Source: Squalus acanthias (Eukaryota). Taken from it: DNA of 64,000 nucleotides. Shown here in pieces: positions 48,941 through 61,779 of the stretch. A program made the translations under genes and the position numbers. The stretch's first letter is position 1; each line of letters starts with the position of its first letter. The stretch spans positions 118,298,001 through 118,362,000 of the forward strand of contig CM059431.1 of assembly GCA_030390025.1 (NCBI GenBank), in the 5' to 3' direction. The notes under the pieces were generated by a model. It did not search any database, had not been told where the DNA came from, and saw only the letters and a list, made by a program, of their open reading frames with translations.

Positions 48941-50080
48941 CAAGGACAGAGAATGCGGAGTCAGGGGACAAGTAGCAGAATGGATAGCTATCTGGCTTCA
49001 AGACAGAAAGCAGAGAGAGGGGTAAAGGGTAGCTATTCAGAGTGGCAGAAGGTGAGTAGTGGTGTTCCACAAGGATCAGTGCTGGGACCACTGTTGTTCA
49101 CAATTTATGTTAACGATTTAGACTTTGGAATCAAAAACACAATTTCTAAATTTGGGGATGACACCAAATTGGGGGGAATAGTCAATACTGAGGAGGACGG
49201 CAACAAATTACAGGAGGACATTAATAAACTTGCAGAATGGGCATATAATTGGCAAATGAAGTTCAACACAGATAAATGTGAGGTATAACATTTTGGTAGG
49301 AAGAATAGGGAGGTCACTTATTACTTGGAGGGTGCGGATCTAGGTGGAGTAGAGGAACAAAGGGATCTCGGAGTACAAATACACAAATCACTAAAAGTTG
49401 CAACACACTTTAGCAAGGCCATAAAAAAGCAAACCAAGCACTAGGGTTTATTTCTAGAGGTATAGAATTGAAAAGTAGGGAAGTTATGCTAAACCTGTAT
49501 CAAACCTTGGTTAGACCACACTTAGAGTACTGTGTACAGTTTTGGTCGCCATATTATAAAAATGATATAGAGGCACTGGAGAGGGTGCAGAGAAGATTTA
49601 CAAGGATGATACCAGAAATGCGAAGGTATACCTATCAGGAAAGGATGAACAGGCTGGGTCACTTTTCACTTGAAAACAGAAGGGTGAGGGGTGACCTAAT
49701 AGAGGTCTTTAAAATTGTGAAAGGTTTTGATAGAGTTGATAGAGAGAGAATGTTTCCACTTGGGGGGAAGAGCAGAACAAGAGGCCATCAATATAAGATA
49801 GTCACCAAGAAATCCAAAAGGGAATTCAGAAGAAACTTCTTTACCCAAAGAGTGGTGAAAATGTGGAACTCGCTACCACAGGAAGTGGTTGAAGCGAATA
49901 GTATAGATGCATTTAAGGGGAGGCTGGACAAACATATGAGGGAGAAGGGAATAGAGGGTTATGCTGATAGATTTAGATGAGAAAAGACGGGAGGAGGCTC
50001 GAGTGGAGCATAAACGCCGACATGGACTGGTTGGGCTGAATGGCCTGTTTCTGTGCCGTATATCCTATGTAATCCTATGA
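48941..50080 (+). mobile_element. CR1 LINE 3' part (RT)
   Basis: SGVPQGSVLGPLLF, FGDDTK, RPHLEYCVQFWSP, WNSLP; tail atcctatgtaatcctatg. Confidence 0.93.
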
Positions 50081-50108
50081 AATGCATAAGACCATATGGA
50101 AAAAAAAT

Positions 50109-50330
50109 GGGAGAAATTGGTCCTTATTGCATCCATTTTATGGGCATAAAACAGAGGCAACAAGGACCAATTTTGTGGTATAATGGCCCATGTCTGATCT
50201 CTGCTTGGGGTACGGGTGCCACTATATTGGTGAAGGCAGTCACTCGGACGTCCGCAGTGCCTGTCTGAAACAGGCATTAAGCCATCCACATATGTAAATG
50301 AGGGTCCTAGCGCCTTTTTAGGACCCCTCC
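50109..50330. mobile_element. Truncated MITE related to 11689-12292
   Basis: gagaaattggtcctta.tgca.ccattttatg and tatgtaaatgaggg blocks are shared. Confidence 0.6.
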
Positions 50331-51839
50331 AGCAAAGAGACAAAATATGAACTAAGCAAAGTTATAGAGCAAAAGATTAAGAGAGGTAGGAACAGAAAAA
50401 AAAACAGTTGCAGAGACACATGGAAAGAGAGAGAGATACTGGCGTGAAAAAGAAAATTAAAACCAACTGTCCTAGCGGTGTGAGGCCAGAATACTTGCAC
50501 AGCCAGATAACATCTACACACACATCCCAATCCGATTTCAGTGCTAACCGTATTTTATTCAGCAAATAGTATGCCACAAAATAGATACCTATCTTAAGTT
50601 TTATTGGACCTATACTAATTTTCGGCAATTACTCATGAGATAATTTAAAATCTGTTTAGAAAACTTGATTTGAAAGGATTCTTTTGAACTTCCCAAGCTG
50701 AATAAAAATCAGATTGAAAAGAATCTAAATTTTAATTGACCTACATGAAAAACAGCAAGGCAGTTTAGAATGGAGTACATAAAGGTAGGATTTATCATTT
50801 GGAGCTAGACCTGAACTGAGAGGTGTTGAGGAAGCTGCTGCACAAATCTTAGGTCTCCAATGATAAATAATGTGCCAAATTTTGATTAGATGGGGAAAGA
50901 AAGGAGTACTGAGAGGTAAATAGAAACTGCTGTAAGTAATTATTAGGGTTATTTTCTTGGAATAATTAAATGATTGATTACACGTAATAACATTGTGACT
51001 ATTAGTTAGATTCCAGCTTTCCCAATCTCTCTCAGTACATTAACTATTGTCATTAATGATGATTAATATAGTAAAGTGATTAACATGTATTGATGTCAAG
51101 AATGGCTTCTTAATTGTAACATTCTTCTTACAATATTAGTTCAATTTGCAGGTATTAATTTATTCCAGTGATTTAGTTATTTTGATTTTAGTTATCTCCT
51201 ATGAATAATGACAGCTTCAAGTAAAATTAATCTGCAGACCGATTTTCATAAATTACTGGTCAGATAGCTATAGTATTGTTTGTTTTTGTTATAATCTTGG
51301 AGCGTACCTGGCATAGCTAAGATATTCTTTAAAATGATACCACCTTATTAATATTCCCATATAATACATACCTTTCCATCTTTAAAGACAAGCCAAGATT
51401 GAAGCACTGAAAGTAATAAGACAGAATTTGATAGCGGGTAGCCAAATTATGCGCTATTTTTAGTGCTGAGAACACCAGCCTGTTAACTGTACAGAAAACT
51501 GACTGTTAATCACTTACCTTTTCTGTATAAAGGTGCCAGACTGTCTTCAGTTATAAACATTGAGCTCGATGGCTTGATAATCGCATTCCAAACTAAATTA
51601 CATTGAATTAAACAAGCAATAAAGAGGGCTTAAAGAAGCTGCACCTGGAATTTCAGCAGAATTTTCTGATAGAGATTGATGGAGCCCCAGAGAAATGGTG
51701 TGAACAGTTAAAAATAACCATTTACATTGTGTCTCTTCTGGTAGTTATGGCAGGAGACTCAGAACTCCACAGAAACCCAGAGCCATGGTCTAGGAGAATC
51801 TTCAAGAAATCTCAACCGTACTTCTGTGTTCCATCAATC

Positions 51840-51975
51840 TTTCCTACATTACAACAGTGACTACAGTTCAAAAGTACTTTGTTGACTGTAAAGCGCTTTG
51901 GAGCATCCTGAGATCTTGAAAGGCGCTATAGAAATACAATGCTGTCTGTCTGTCTATCTTTCTTTCTTTCTTTCA
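51840..51975 (+). repeat. DeuSINE 3' tail
   Basis: ttcctacattacaacagtgactac..caaaagtactt..ctgtaaagcgctttgg..gaaaggcgctata. Confidence 0.8.
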
Positions 51976-53272
51976 TCATGAGATACTGTGACAATGTTTA
52001 ACAAGCTGAAAAGAAAACACATATCTTCCTCCAGGACTCCATGCAGACCGAAGCTTTTCAGACTTGTTTGGATGAGGATGGCCTACTCCAAGTTGGAGTT
52101 GCAGTGCTTTAGAACATTTGAAATGTGACCAGTGCAGTGAATAAAGACTCAGGACACACTGATTTTAAAATTAGGGCTGTCTATTTTGTGCTGGAAAAAT
52201 GGGTGTAAGGCCTTTGAATTGTGTGTGGGATTATCGCTGGAAGTACACAGAATTCCATTTTGAGTCGGGTGCATTTTAGTCGTCCAGGCCACCCCTATTA
52301 TCTACCCTTTCTGTTACTTCTTCAAAGAATTCAATAGGGTTGGTCAAGCATGACCTTACCTTTTGGAATAGAAGCTGACTACTCTTTATTATATTTTCAG
52401 TTTCTAGATGTTTTTCTATTACATCTTTAATTAAGGATTCCATTATCTTTCCTACCACAAACGTTAAGCTAATTGGTCTATAGTTCCCTGGATTTGTTCT
52501 ATCTCCCTTTGTATATATAGAAATGACATCAGCTGTCCTCCAGTTCTCTGGCACTATTCGCTTTTCTAATGAATTTATAAATATATGTAATAGTGCCTCT
52601 GCTATCTCTTCTCTAACTTCTTTTAATATGCACGGATGCAATCCATCTGGATCAGGGCTTGTATCCTCTCTAAGTTTGATTAGTTTATCAATTATCTCCC
52701 CTCTTTCTATCTTAAATGTCTTTATATCCTTTTTGATCTCGTCTTCTAATGTCATGTCAATCATGTTCGGCTCCCTGGTCAATACTGAGGCAAAGTAATG
52801 ATTTAATGGCCCGGATATTCCGCTCGGAAGCTTCCCGCGGGCGGAAGCCCCCGACCTGCAAAAAAGAACCGCACCGACCTTAATGCTCTGGGCCCACGTA
52901 AAGTTCCGTTGTAATCCTGAGGACTCCTGGGCAGCGTATGATGTTATGCCGCCCAGGAGCGCAGCGTGCGCGGAGCCTAGGGCTTCACGCGTAGGGGAGA
53001 CCCGCCCTCAAAAGTTATATTTGCATAGGCCACGCCCCTGATTTTTTTCAACTGTTCAGAAGCATTTGAAACTGAAAGTAGCTGGAAAACTGCATGGTAA
53101 GTTGTTTCTTTATAGTTTTTTGAATCTTTTGCAAACTTTTAGAAACTTTTAAAGACTTTTACATGGATTTGAAGAATCTTAAATAGTTTTAAAGAGATTT
53201 GAAGCAATTTAAAGAGTTTTAAAAGCACTGAAAACATTTTTTTCATTCATTTTAATTAATCAGCAAAGTGAA

Positions 53273-54859
53273 ATGGAAGGACTGAGCACAATTCACATCA
53301 TTAAGAGAGCTCAGAATTTCAGTGACGATGACATCAGCACACTCCTCAATGAGGTTGAGGCGAAGCGCCCGCGGATCCTTGGGAATGAGAAGTCCAGGGC
53401 GCCGCGCAAAAGTTGCCCAGGCTGTCAGCGCAAACTCCACCATTCCACGGACCGCGGAACAATCCCGCAAAAAATTTAATGATTTAATGCGATCTGCCAA
53501 GGTTTGTACAGTTATTAGAAAAGTTACTGTAATATTTCTTTAAATTTAACTGAACTAGTTTTAAAAAGCTGTTCGATGCATGTGTGTTGTCAAGTGACTT
53601 CATTATCCAGGCATCTGAGCTTGCCATAAAATGTTATGGCTTTGGGGCCAGCTCAGGGTCATCCATTGTGCTCTTATCTTGATTCCACAGGTTTGAGTTG
53701 TAAAATTTCAATTAGTGAGTGAAAAAAAAACCCTGTCTCCAAAGCAGGTTGTGTCCCTGTCTCAAATGCAGGTGGGTGGACTCTGCAGAAAAAGCTGCAG
53801 TTTCATGACGTTTCATATTTTCTGTTTTCATTTTAGAGTAAAATTGTTAACAACGCCAGAGAACGTGCACTGACAGGCGGTGGTGTTGTCACGTTAAGGG
53901 ATTTATCCGAGCATGAGGAAAGGGTCGAGCAGCTGCTTGGAATTAGTAGTGGTTGTACAATGCCTGCTGCACAATCAGACATTGGGATAAGAAAAGGTGA
54001 GTTGGTCTGGCCAGCTATATGTTTAAAAATGTTAGGTGTGTGTTGAATATCAGCTTCTGTGAAGTGGCAGATCATGCTTTACCTTTGCAAATGTTTACTG
54101 TTTCCTTTCCACAGGTGGACAGCATACTTCTCACACACGGGATGAACAGTGCGTTGAGTCTGCGGCCGCAGAGGGCACTGGGGAAGGGGTTACAGATGCA
54201 GTGGGAGCAGTAAGTGAGGTGGTGGAGGAGGAGGAGGGATTTGTGCTTTGTCAGCTAGAGGAAGAGGAGGGTATGGACCCTGGGTGGCTGCACAGTAGCT
54301 CTCCATCTCCTGGCCCCTCTGGCTCTGTGCGAGGCACAGATGACTGTCGTTCCACAGCCAGACGCCAACCTGATACTGCAGAGCAGGTGGGAGAAGCAGA
54401 AAGACGTTCAACGCTACGGAATAACATAGAAGCTCAGGTGCAACAGATAAAGGGTTGAGGCAAGAGATGTGTACTCTTCATGAGAAGAAAGTTGACTCTC
54501 TTGCCTCCATCAGGCAGGGAATTGATGTTCTTGGTAAAGATGTAACTATGTCACTTAATTAGATAAATGAGTCTCTCGTTCGACTCTTGCAGTTGCTTGA
54601 AACAGTTTCTGCTGCCATTACTTTGACTCCCACAGAACCGCCCTTACCTGCTCCCAGCGCAGAAACAGTGCGGGCCCATGAGACAGCAGCTCCGCCAGTA
54701 CTGATGCAAGCAAACGTTGCCTTTCAGCAGCAGCAGCAGCAGCAGCAGCAACCCTGTCACGAGGCAATTGCTGAAGAGCAAGAGATGGCACACAGGGGCC
54801 TCTCAATTGGCAGCAGAGGGCTCCGGTCACGGGGAAGGGGAAAGCGCAGGAGACAGTAG
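53273..54859 (+). pseudogene. Harbinger Myb/SANT gene, 3 exons (~53273-53501, ~53837-53997, ~54115-54859), disrupted
   Basis: KRAQNFSDDDISTLLNEV, RTAEQSRKKFNDLMRSAK|gt, ERALTGGG..LSEHEERV, poly-Gln from (CAG)n, basic C-terminus. Confidence 0.85.
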
Positions 54860-55414
54860 GTTGTCACCTTTTGCACAATCCACCTCCTTTGACCTTCAGG
54901 CACAGATGCGAGGGGGCAAATCATTCAATTCTTTAATGTTTTGTTTTATTTAAATGTTAAATGTTGTTGTTGCTTTTTTTATTGAAATATATATTTGTGA
55001 CTGAAAGTGTATGTAACCGTTTTGTTTAAAAAGGACAGCCTATAGTCACTTTGAAAAAAATGTCAACTTTTATTTTGCAAAAATATTTAAAATTACAACT
55101 GTTTGAAAATTAGAAAATAGCTAGTTTCCATCTTGAATGTCTTTATTGCACTAAGAAACCAAAAAAGTCACTTTAAACTGTTTACAAATTTTATTCAAAA
55201 AAATTATGTTTGCGAATGTTTGAAAAGTAGAAAATAGCTAGTTAACATTTAAAAGTTAAAAACTAAGAACATCAAAACTGAAACTCAAAAGTCTTTGATG
55301 CTGCAATAGAAGTTCACTGTTTCACTTTAAATAGTGTCTGTTCCTTTCTTTGCCTTGCTGGGGGATGGGGAGGTACAAGGCGACACTATCATCACCTCGT
55401 GAAGGTGTCGGCTA

Positions 55415-56534
55415 CTAGCAGTTCCCGAGCAGCCTTACTTTCGGCAGCACTTGGCTCCTCCCCATCAGGCCTGGCCACAGGCACATTGGCACGTCCATGT
55501 CCTCCATTTCAGCAGGGAGCTCGTCTGCAGGGCTACGGGTCAGTCCTTCCCGCAGGGCAAAGCTTTGCAAAGCACAACAGGCCACCACAATCCTTGCCAC
55601 TTTCAGAGGAGAATACTGCAAGGTCCCCCCTGCCCTGTCCAGGCACCGGAAGCGTGATTTCAGAACCCCGATTGTCCTCTCCACCACTTGCCGTGTGGAC
55701 ACGTGTGACTGGTTGTATCTCTACTGAGCCTCATTATTGGTCTTGCGATAGGGAGTTATCAGCCATGGTCTTAGCGGGTAGCCCTTGTCGCCCAATATCC
55801 ATGCGGATCCTGGAGGCAATGTGCTGAGGGTGCCATAGAATTCCGAGTTACGGAGGGCGAAGGAGTCATGAGCACTCCCCCGGTGATCTGCATTCATGTT
55901 TAGGATCCTGAGGTGCGCATCACAGACTATCATGACATTCAATGAATGAAACCCCTTCCTGTTAATATATGTCAGAGGTGTATCCAGTGATGCCTTCAAT
56001 GCAACATGGGTTCCATCGACGACCCCAATCACTTTGGGGAATCCAGCAATGCTATAAAATGCAAGGGCCATCTCCTTATGATGGCGAGTGGACAAGTCAA
56101 AGTCTATGAACTCTGAAGCCCTACGGAAAATGGCATCTGTGACCTGGTGAATGCAGGCCAACGCAGCACTCTGGGAGATGTTGGAAATGTCACCGATGCC
56201 TGCCTGAAATGACCCACTTGCAAAGAAGTTCAATGCTGTGGTTACCTTCATGCTCACTGACAAGGCAGTGTGGGTCTTCAAACGTGTTTGAAGGTCCTCC
56301 TTTAACATGTCATAGTCGGCCGATTGCCTCTATACTGAAGCGCAGCCTCCTCACACACAACTCCTCCAACAGCATCTTAAATGGCAGCCTCTCCCTGTCC
56401 ACTCTCTGGGGTGGGTAGTAGTTCCTCCTGATCAGGAGACGGTGATGGTTCCTCAGTCTTTGTTGTTCCCTGGCATTTCCAATTCTCTGATGCACAATCG
56501 CACTGAGGATCAGGGCAACATCGTCAAAGGGCAT
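55415..56534 (-). pseudogene. Harbinger DDE transposase; one frameshift (~56309) and one in-frame stop (55721-55723)
   Basis: KVTTALNFFASGSFQ, VVDGTHV, AHDS, GDKGYP, VVERTIGVLKSRFRCLD. Confidence 0.95.
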
Positions 56535-58627
56535 GTTTCTCCCTCACAGGCTTCCTCTTTAAACAGATGAAGTACTTGTAAGGAAAAAATGGAAAGAGTT
56601 GTAAAAGTAATTTTAATAATGTGAGTGGCTAAAAAATCACGTGGGGCTCTGGTGGGAAACGTGCGGGATCAGATCGGGAACACGTCATACCCGCCTGATG
56701 AATATCACGGCCCGAGATGATTTTCTAAGAACTTTAACATTTTCACAAAGTCATACATACAATTTTTAAAGGGCATGGAAAAGTTAACATATAACTAGTT
56801 GATATTTTCTGGCATAATTTTTTAAAACTTTAGTAAATGTTAAATAATTCATTTTTAAACAGTCATTTTCACATTTAAGAAAATGAAATCTAATTCAATT
56901 AGGCCTTGCACACAGCAAGAGTTGCTCTTTATAACTACACTACTCAAAACCAGATCCAAAACCGTTTTTAACAAATTAAAGTTGATAAAAACTTACCTCA
57001 GGCTTTCTGCAAAGAACTTTGCTCACTTTCACAATTAAAAATGTTCAGTTTCCAAGCCCACTGCTGTTCCTGGAGCTTCTTCTGATAGAATGCAAGCTGT
57101 ACGCCTGCTTTTACTAGGCGCAGCTGTTTCGGACGTACCTGGACTGAAGCATTTGAGAAAAAAATTGAACTTTAAGCCGGTAACGCTGCCTATCCTGCGC
57201 ATGCGTTTGATCTGTCAAGCCCTTTCTTGACAGATCGGAAATGCCGGTTTCCAGCGCATGAAACCGGCATTTCCGATGTCCCTACGGGTAACATCCGGGC
57301 CAATATTTCTGCCATTTCACTGTCATTACCTGTGAGTTTCTCATATGTAGCCCTTAGTGGCCCGATCCCTATCCCAATTTTTCTTTTGTTATTTATGTGT
57401 TTGTAGAATACTTTATTATTGTTCTATTCCTTGATAATTTAATTTTGTAGTTTCTTTTTGCCTTCCTAATTTTTTTTAATCTTCTTTCCTAAATTTTTTG
57501 TATTCCTTTTTGTCATCCTTTCCTTTGTTGTCTATATACTTAGTGTACATCTTTTTCTTCAGTTGCAATTTTGTACTTATTTCTTTATGTATCCATGGTG
57601 TGTCATTACTGACTAGTTTGTTCTTGCTTTTTATTTTGGGATATATTTCTCCTAGACTCTATTGATCACCGTTTTAAATGTTTCCCACTGCTATTCTATT
57701 TATTTGTTTGTCATTATTTTTTTCCAGTTTACTTTCCCTAGTTGCATTCTCATCTCCTTAAAATCAATGTTTTTTCCCAACGTATTACATTGGTCTTTGT
57801 CTTACTTCTGTCCTTCTCAATCATTATCTTAAACCTTATTATGTTGTGATCGCTATTGGCTAGGTGTTCCCTACACTGTCTTCTTTTATCTGTTCTGGTT
57901 CATTTCCCATTACTAGATCCAGCAGTGCTCCCTCTCTTGTTGGGCTTTTTACATACTGGGTAAGAAAGGAATCTTTCACACATTGTAAAAACTTCATTCC
58001 CTGTACCCCTTTAGCTATCTCTTCTTGCCAGCTTATTTTGGGTAGTTAAGATTACCCATGATTATTATTCTGTGTCCTTTTTTCTCATTTCACATATTTG
58101 CTTACATATTTCTTCCTCCACCTCCTTTTCACTATTAGTAGTCTGTAGTATACCCCAATTAGCATGAACAATCCCTTCTTATCTTTTATTTCCATCCTTA
58201 TGGATTCTGTTTCTAACCTACTGTCATTATGTTATCTCTAATTAGTGGATCTAACCCCCTTCTTCCTCCCCTATCCTTTCTGATGAAGTCACAACCTGCT
58301 ATATTTATTTGCCAGTCCTGTTCTTTCTGTAGCCATGTTTCAGTTATTCCTACTACATCTGGTTCATCGCTATGGATTTTTGTCTCTAGTTTTATTTTGG
58401 ATGTTGTGTACATTGCTGTACAGGCAGTTTAATTCATCTTTAGTAGTTGTTCCTTTTACTTTATTTTTAACTGTCCTTTTATACTTCTGTTTTATAATTG
58501 TATTTGGTTCCCTGACCGTTTATGTTACCCTTGTTCCTAACCTTGGTCTGACCTTTACTCTCATCTCCTAATTCTTTTGTCTTCAAACTTATGTTATTTT
58601 CACCAGATCCCTCCCCACTTCTTATTA

Positions 58628-58991
58628 CAGGAAACTCTTTATTAACCGGCACCGACGGGACCGGCGTGGTGCCGGTTAATCAAAAAGTCCGGATAACGGA
58701 GAGTTATATCTCCCAACGTACGAGAGCCCCGTACACATTGACATGCGCCTGCATTCGGAGCTCCGTCTCCCCGGGGACCGCCAGCTGACCATCTGTCGTG
58801 TCCGCTGCCTACCCGGGCTGCACATTCCCCTCCCAATCTACACGCTCCGATACAAGGCAAACGCCTCGGGGTTTTCTTTAAAGTTATTCTTAAAGGAGAG
58901 ATAAAGGAAAACCCCGGTTACCTACTCAAGAATTTTGCCGGTTGAGAGAGATTTCCGATTATTTGGGTGCCGCTTAAAAGAGAGTTTCCTG
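58628..58991. mobile_element. Tc1/mariner (pogo/Tigger-like) MITE, 364 bp
   Basis: TIRs caggaaactct..ttaa / ttaa..agagtttcctg; TA TSD on both sides. Confidence 0.85.
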
Positions 58992-60169
58992 TAGTTTAAA
59001 GTCCTATCGACAGCCCTATTTACCCTTTCCGCGAGGACACTGGCCCCACCCCGGTTCAGGTGGAGCCCATCCCAGCGGTACAGCTCCTTCCTGTCCCAGT
59101 ACTGGTGCCAGTGTCCCACGAAATGGAACTCCTCCTTCCCACACTAGTCTTTCAGCCACACATCCACCTTCCTGATCTGCCTATCACTATGCCAATTAAC
59201 CTGTGGCTTGGATAGCAATCCTGTTTTTTTTAATTCACTTCCTAACTTTTTAAATCTAGTTCCTATTCCTTTAGCAGGCCCTCCTCCCTTTTCTTCCCTT
59301 TGTCACTGGTCCCAACATGGACCACGACAACTGGATCTTCCCCCTCACTTTCCAAGTTCCTCGCCAGTTGTTCCGAGATATCCTTTACCTTTGCACTAGG
59401 TGGGCAACACACCTTTCTGGACTCTTGGTCGTGACTGCAGAGGACACTATTTACCCCCTAATTATCAAATTCCCTGTGACTACAGCCTTTCTGCTCTCCC
59501 CCCACCCCCCCTTGGACTGTGTTCTGCCCCATGGTGCCATTGTTAGCATTCTGACAGTCCACCCCACAACCTGCATCCTTATCCTCACAGAGACCAAGTA
59601 CATAGTACCTGTTGGACAGGACCAGTGTCTGCAGGACCTCCTTCTCTATCTCCCCTTGGTTCCCCTTACCCTGCTGACTAACAGTCACACTCTGCTCTTC
59701 CTGCACTTGTGTTTTCCTCTGAGATGTGACTGTATTCTGGAGAAAACTATCCAAAAATTCCTCTCCCTCCCTTATGTGTCGGAGTGCCTTGAACTCACAA
59801 TCTAGTCAAAGACTCTGAGCCGGAGTGTCTCAAGCCAGAGACATTTACTGTAATCTGGGACAGTATCGCTGTCCACAGACTCCCACTCTCGACACATAAC
59901 CTGCACTGCCATTTCTAGTTTTTAGAGGAGACATCCTCCACAAGAACCTCCATGGCGCTGTCTAAAAATCTTGGGGCCTTTGCAGTACTCATTCTGACCT
60001 CCATGTTCAAGCACAGAAACATGCAGAACAGGCAAAGTGTACCTCCCCTTTAAGAAGTGCAGACTTTCTCTAAATGGTGTCACTTCTGCCTGAATTCCCT
60101 CCCCTCCTAATGGGCAAGTTGCCAATAACCAGCATGAGCAGTGCTGATCACTTGCCCATCGTATGTTAA

Positions 60170-60540
60170 TTGTGGAGTGTGTACCATCTACAAGATGCAC
60201 TGCAGCAACTCGCCAAGGCTTCTTCGGCAGCACCTCCCAAACCCGCGACCTCTTCCACCTCGAAGGACAAGGGCAGCAGGCGCATGGGAACACCACCACC
60301 TCCGAGTTCCTCTCCAAGGTACACACCAGCCTGACTTATAAGTATATCGCCGATCCTTCATCGTCGCTGGGTCAAAATCCTGGAAATCCCTCCCTAACAG
60401 CACTGTGGGAGTACCATCACCACATGGACTGCAGCGGTTCAAGAAGGCAGCTCACCACCACCTTCTCAAGGGCAACTAGGGATGGGCAACAAATGCTGAC
60501 CTTACCAGCAACGCCCACATCCTATAAACAAATTAAAAAA
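60170..60540 (+). mobile_element. 3' end of a CR1-group LINE distinct from the other CR1/L2 copies
   Basis: VCTIYKMHCSNSPRLLRQHLP and, in another frame, SW.SLPNSTVG..GLQRFKKAAHHHLL; A-rich end. Confidence 0.7.
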
Positions 60541-61779
60541 ATTACTTTCCTCATGTTTGGAATCCTTGAGCAGACTGTGCTAGTGTCAGATACAAAACAG
60601 GGAATGGATCAATAGACTATGGCTATGCCATCAATCCTCTACAGCATTGTGTGCAGAGCAGCACAAAAGTAAGAGGCTGAACTGGACCTGTGCATCTACG
60701 TCAGGAACATAAGAACTGCTGCAGCCTCTCCAGAGCATTCTGTCTCAAATACCAGCGTTGAGGTTTGAAGCACTTCAGGGATGTTGCAGTGAGTACACAG
60801 CAATATTAAGATGCAAAATTAATGCACATGTTTTAGAGATAACAATATCTAATATGAGAGGCTGAGCAAGCTCTACAATAAATAAATAAATTAACAAAGT
60901 AGAAAATCATGTGTAACAGCAAAACATTTCATGGAAGAAAATATGTTTGCCCTGTTTTCCACGGAGCAGTACCTGATACAAGATTGTGTCATTGACGAGA
61001 AAAGAGTCCAAAGGGTTTACGTACTCCTTTCGGCCAGTGTGTGTCTAGCTGATAATCCACTGAGCCTCTGCAGATCAGTCCTCTATCATTGTGAAGTGTA
61101 TTTGACTTGATTTGATTGGGAAATCTTACTGCAGACATCTCAGATCAAGAAGTGATTATTTATTTATTAAGGAATCACATTGTATTTGTGGATTATTTCT
61201 TATACTTGCATCAAAATATTAGGTTCTGTTCGAGGTTGAAATTCTCCGTGGGTGGCATCAATTAATCCTTTTGTGTTGAGTGTGGTTGTTATTTCCTAAA
61301 TACTGTGCGTATAAATCCCAGATCAGTGCAGTCTATCTCGTGGTCCTCAGTTAGTACCTGGGACAAGCCTCAGATTCGGCTTGAGAATGGAACATATCCA
61401 GATTTTTCCAGTTTAATCAATCTAGCCACATGCCCATTTTTTGGCTTGCTTTGGGTTTGCCTTTTTTTTGTAAAGTCCCAGAAGTTTATGTGTGGGTGCA
61501 ATATCATACAGCTGCAATCTGCAATCTGCTCTAATGGCCATCTGCGCAGCTGGGGTGTCCAGGTCACAGAAGCTGGCTGTGGCACACCTCCAGTTTTGGA
61601 AAATGGTTCAGCATCTCTTCAAAACTCTTTCTGTAAACTTGTTTACTGTGGGTACCAGGATTTTATACAGATGTCGTTCGGGTTACAAATTGAAGCTTGG
61701 AAGTATAACATTTATTACCTGTAGAGCAAATTTACCTTGGACACCACAATGGGCCACTTGTGAACGTAACATCTAGCAC

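Larger units (their letters stand above)
52808..57301 (+). mobile_element. Structurally complete two-gene Harbinger transposon (4494 bp)
   Basis: TIRs ggcccggatatt / aacatccgggcc; TSD aat at 52805-52807 and 57302-57304; the flanks rejoin as CR1. Confidence 0.95.
52290..59915 (-). mobile_element. Degraded CR1 LINE (ORF1 esterase remnant ~59000-59910, ORF2 EN ~58430, RT 52290-52800) with two nested DNA elements
   Basis: WDGLHLNRGG, VVGITETWL, SPDPDGLHP, NYRPISL, SCLTN.IEFFEEVT. Confidence 0.88.

Noticed and set aside
55415..56534. Domesticated HARBI1 gene
   Set aside because: It lies within TIRs and a TSD, is one of several copies and is disrupted, so it is a transposon ORF. No gene symbol assigned.
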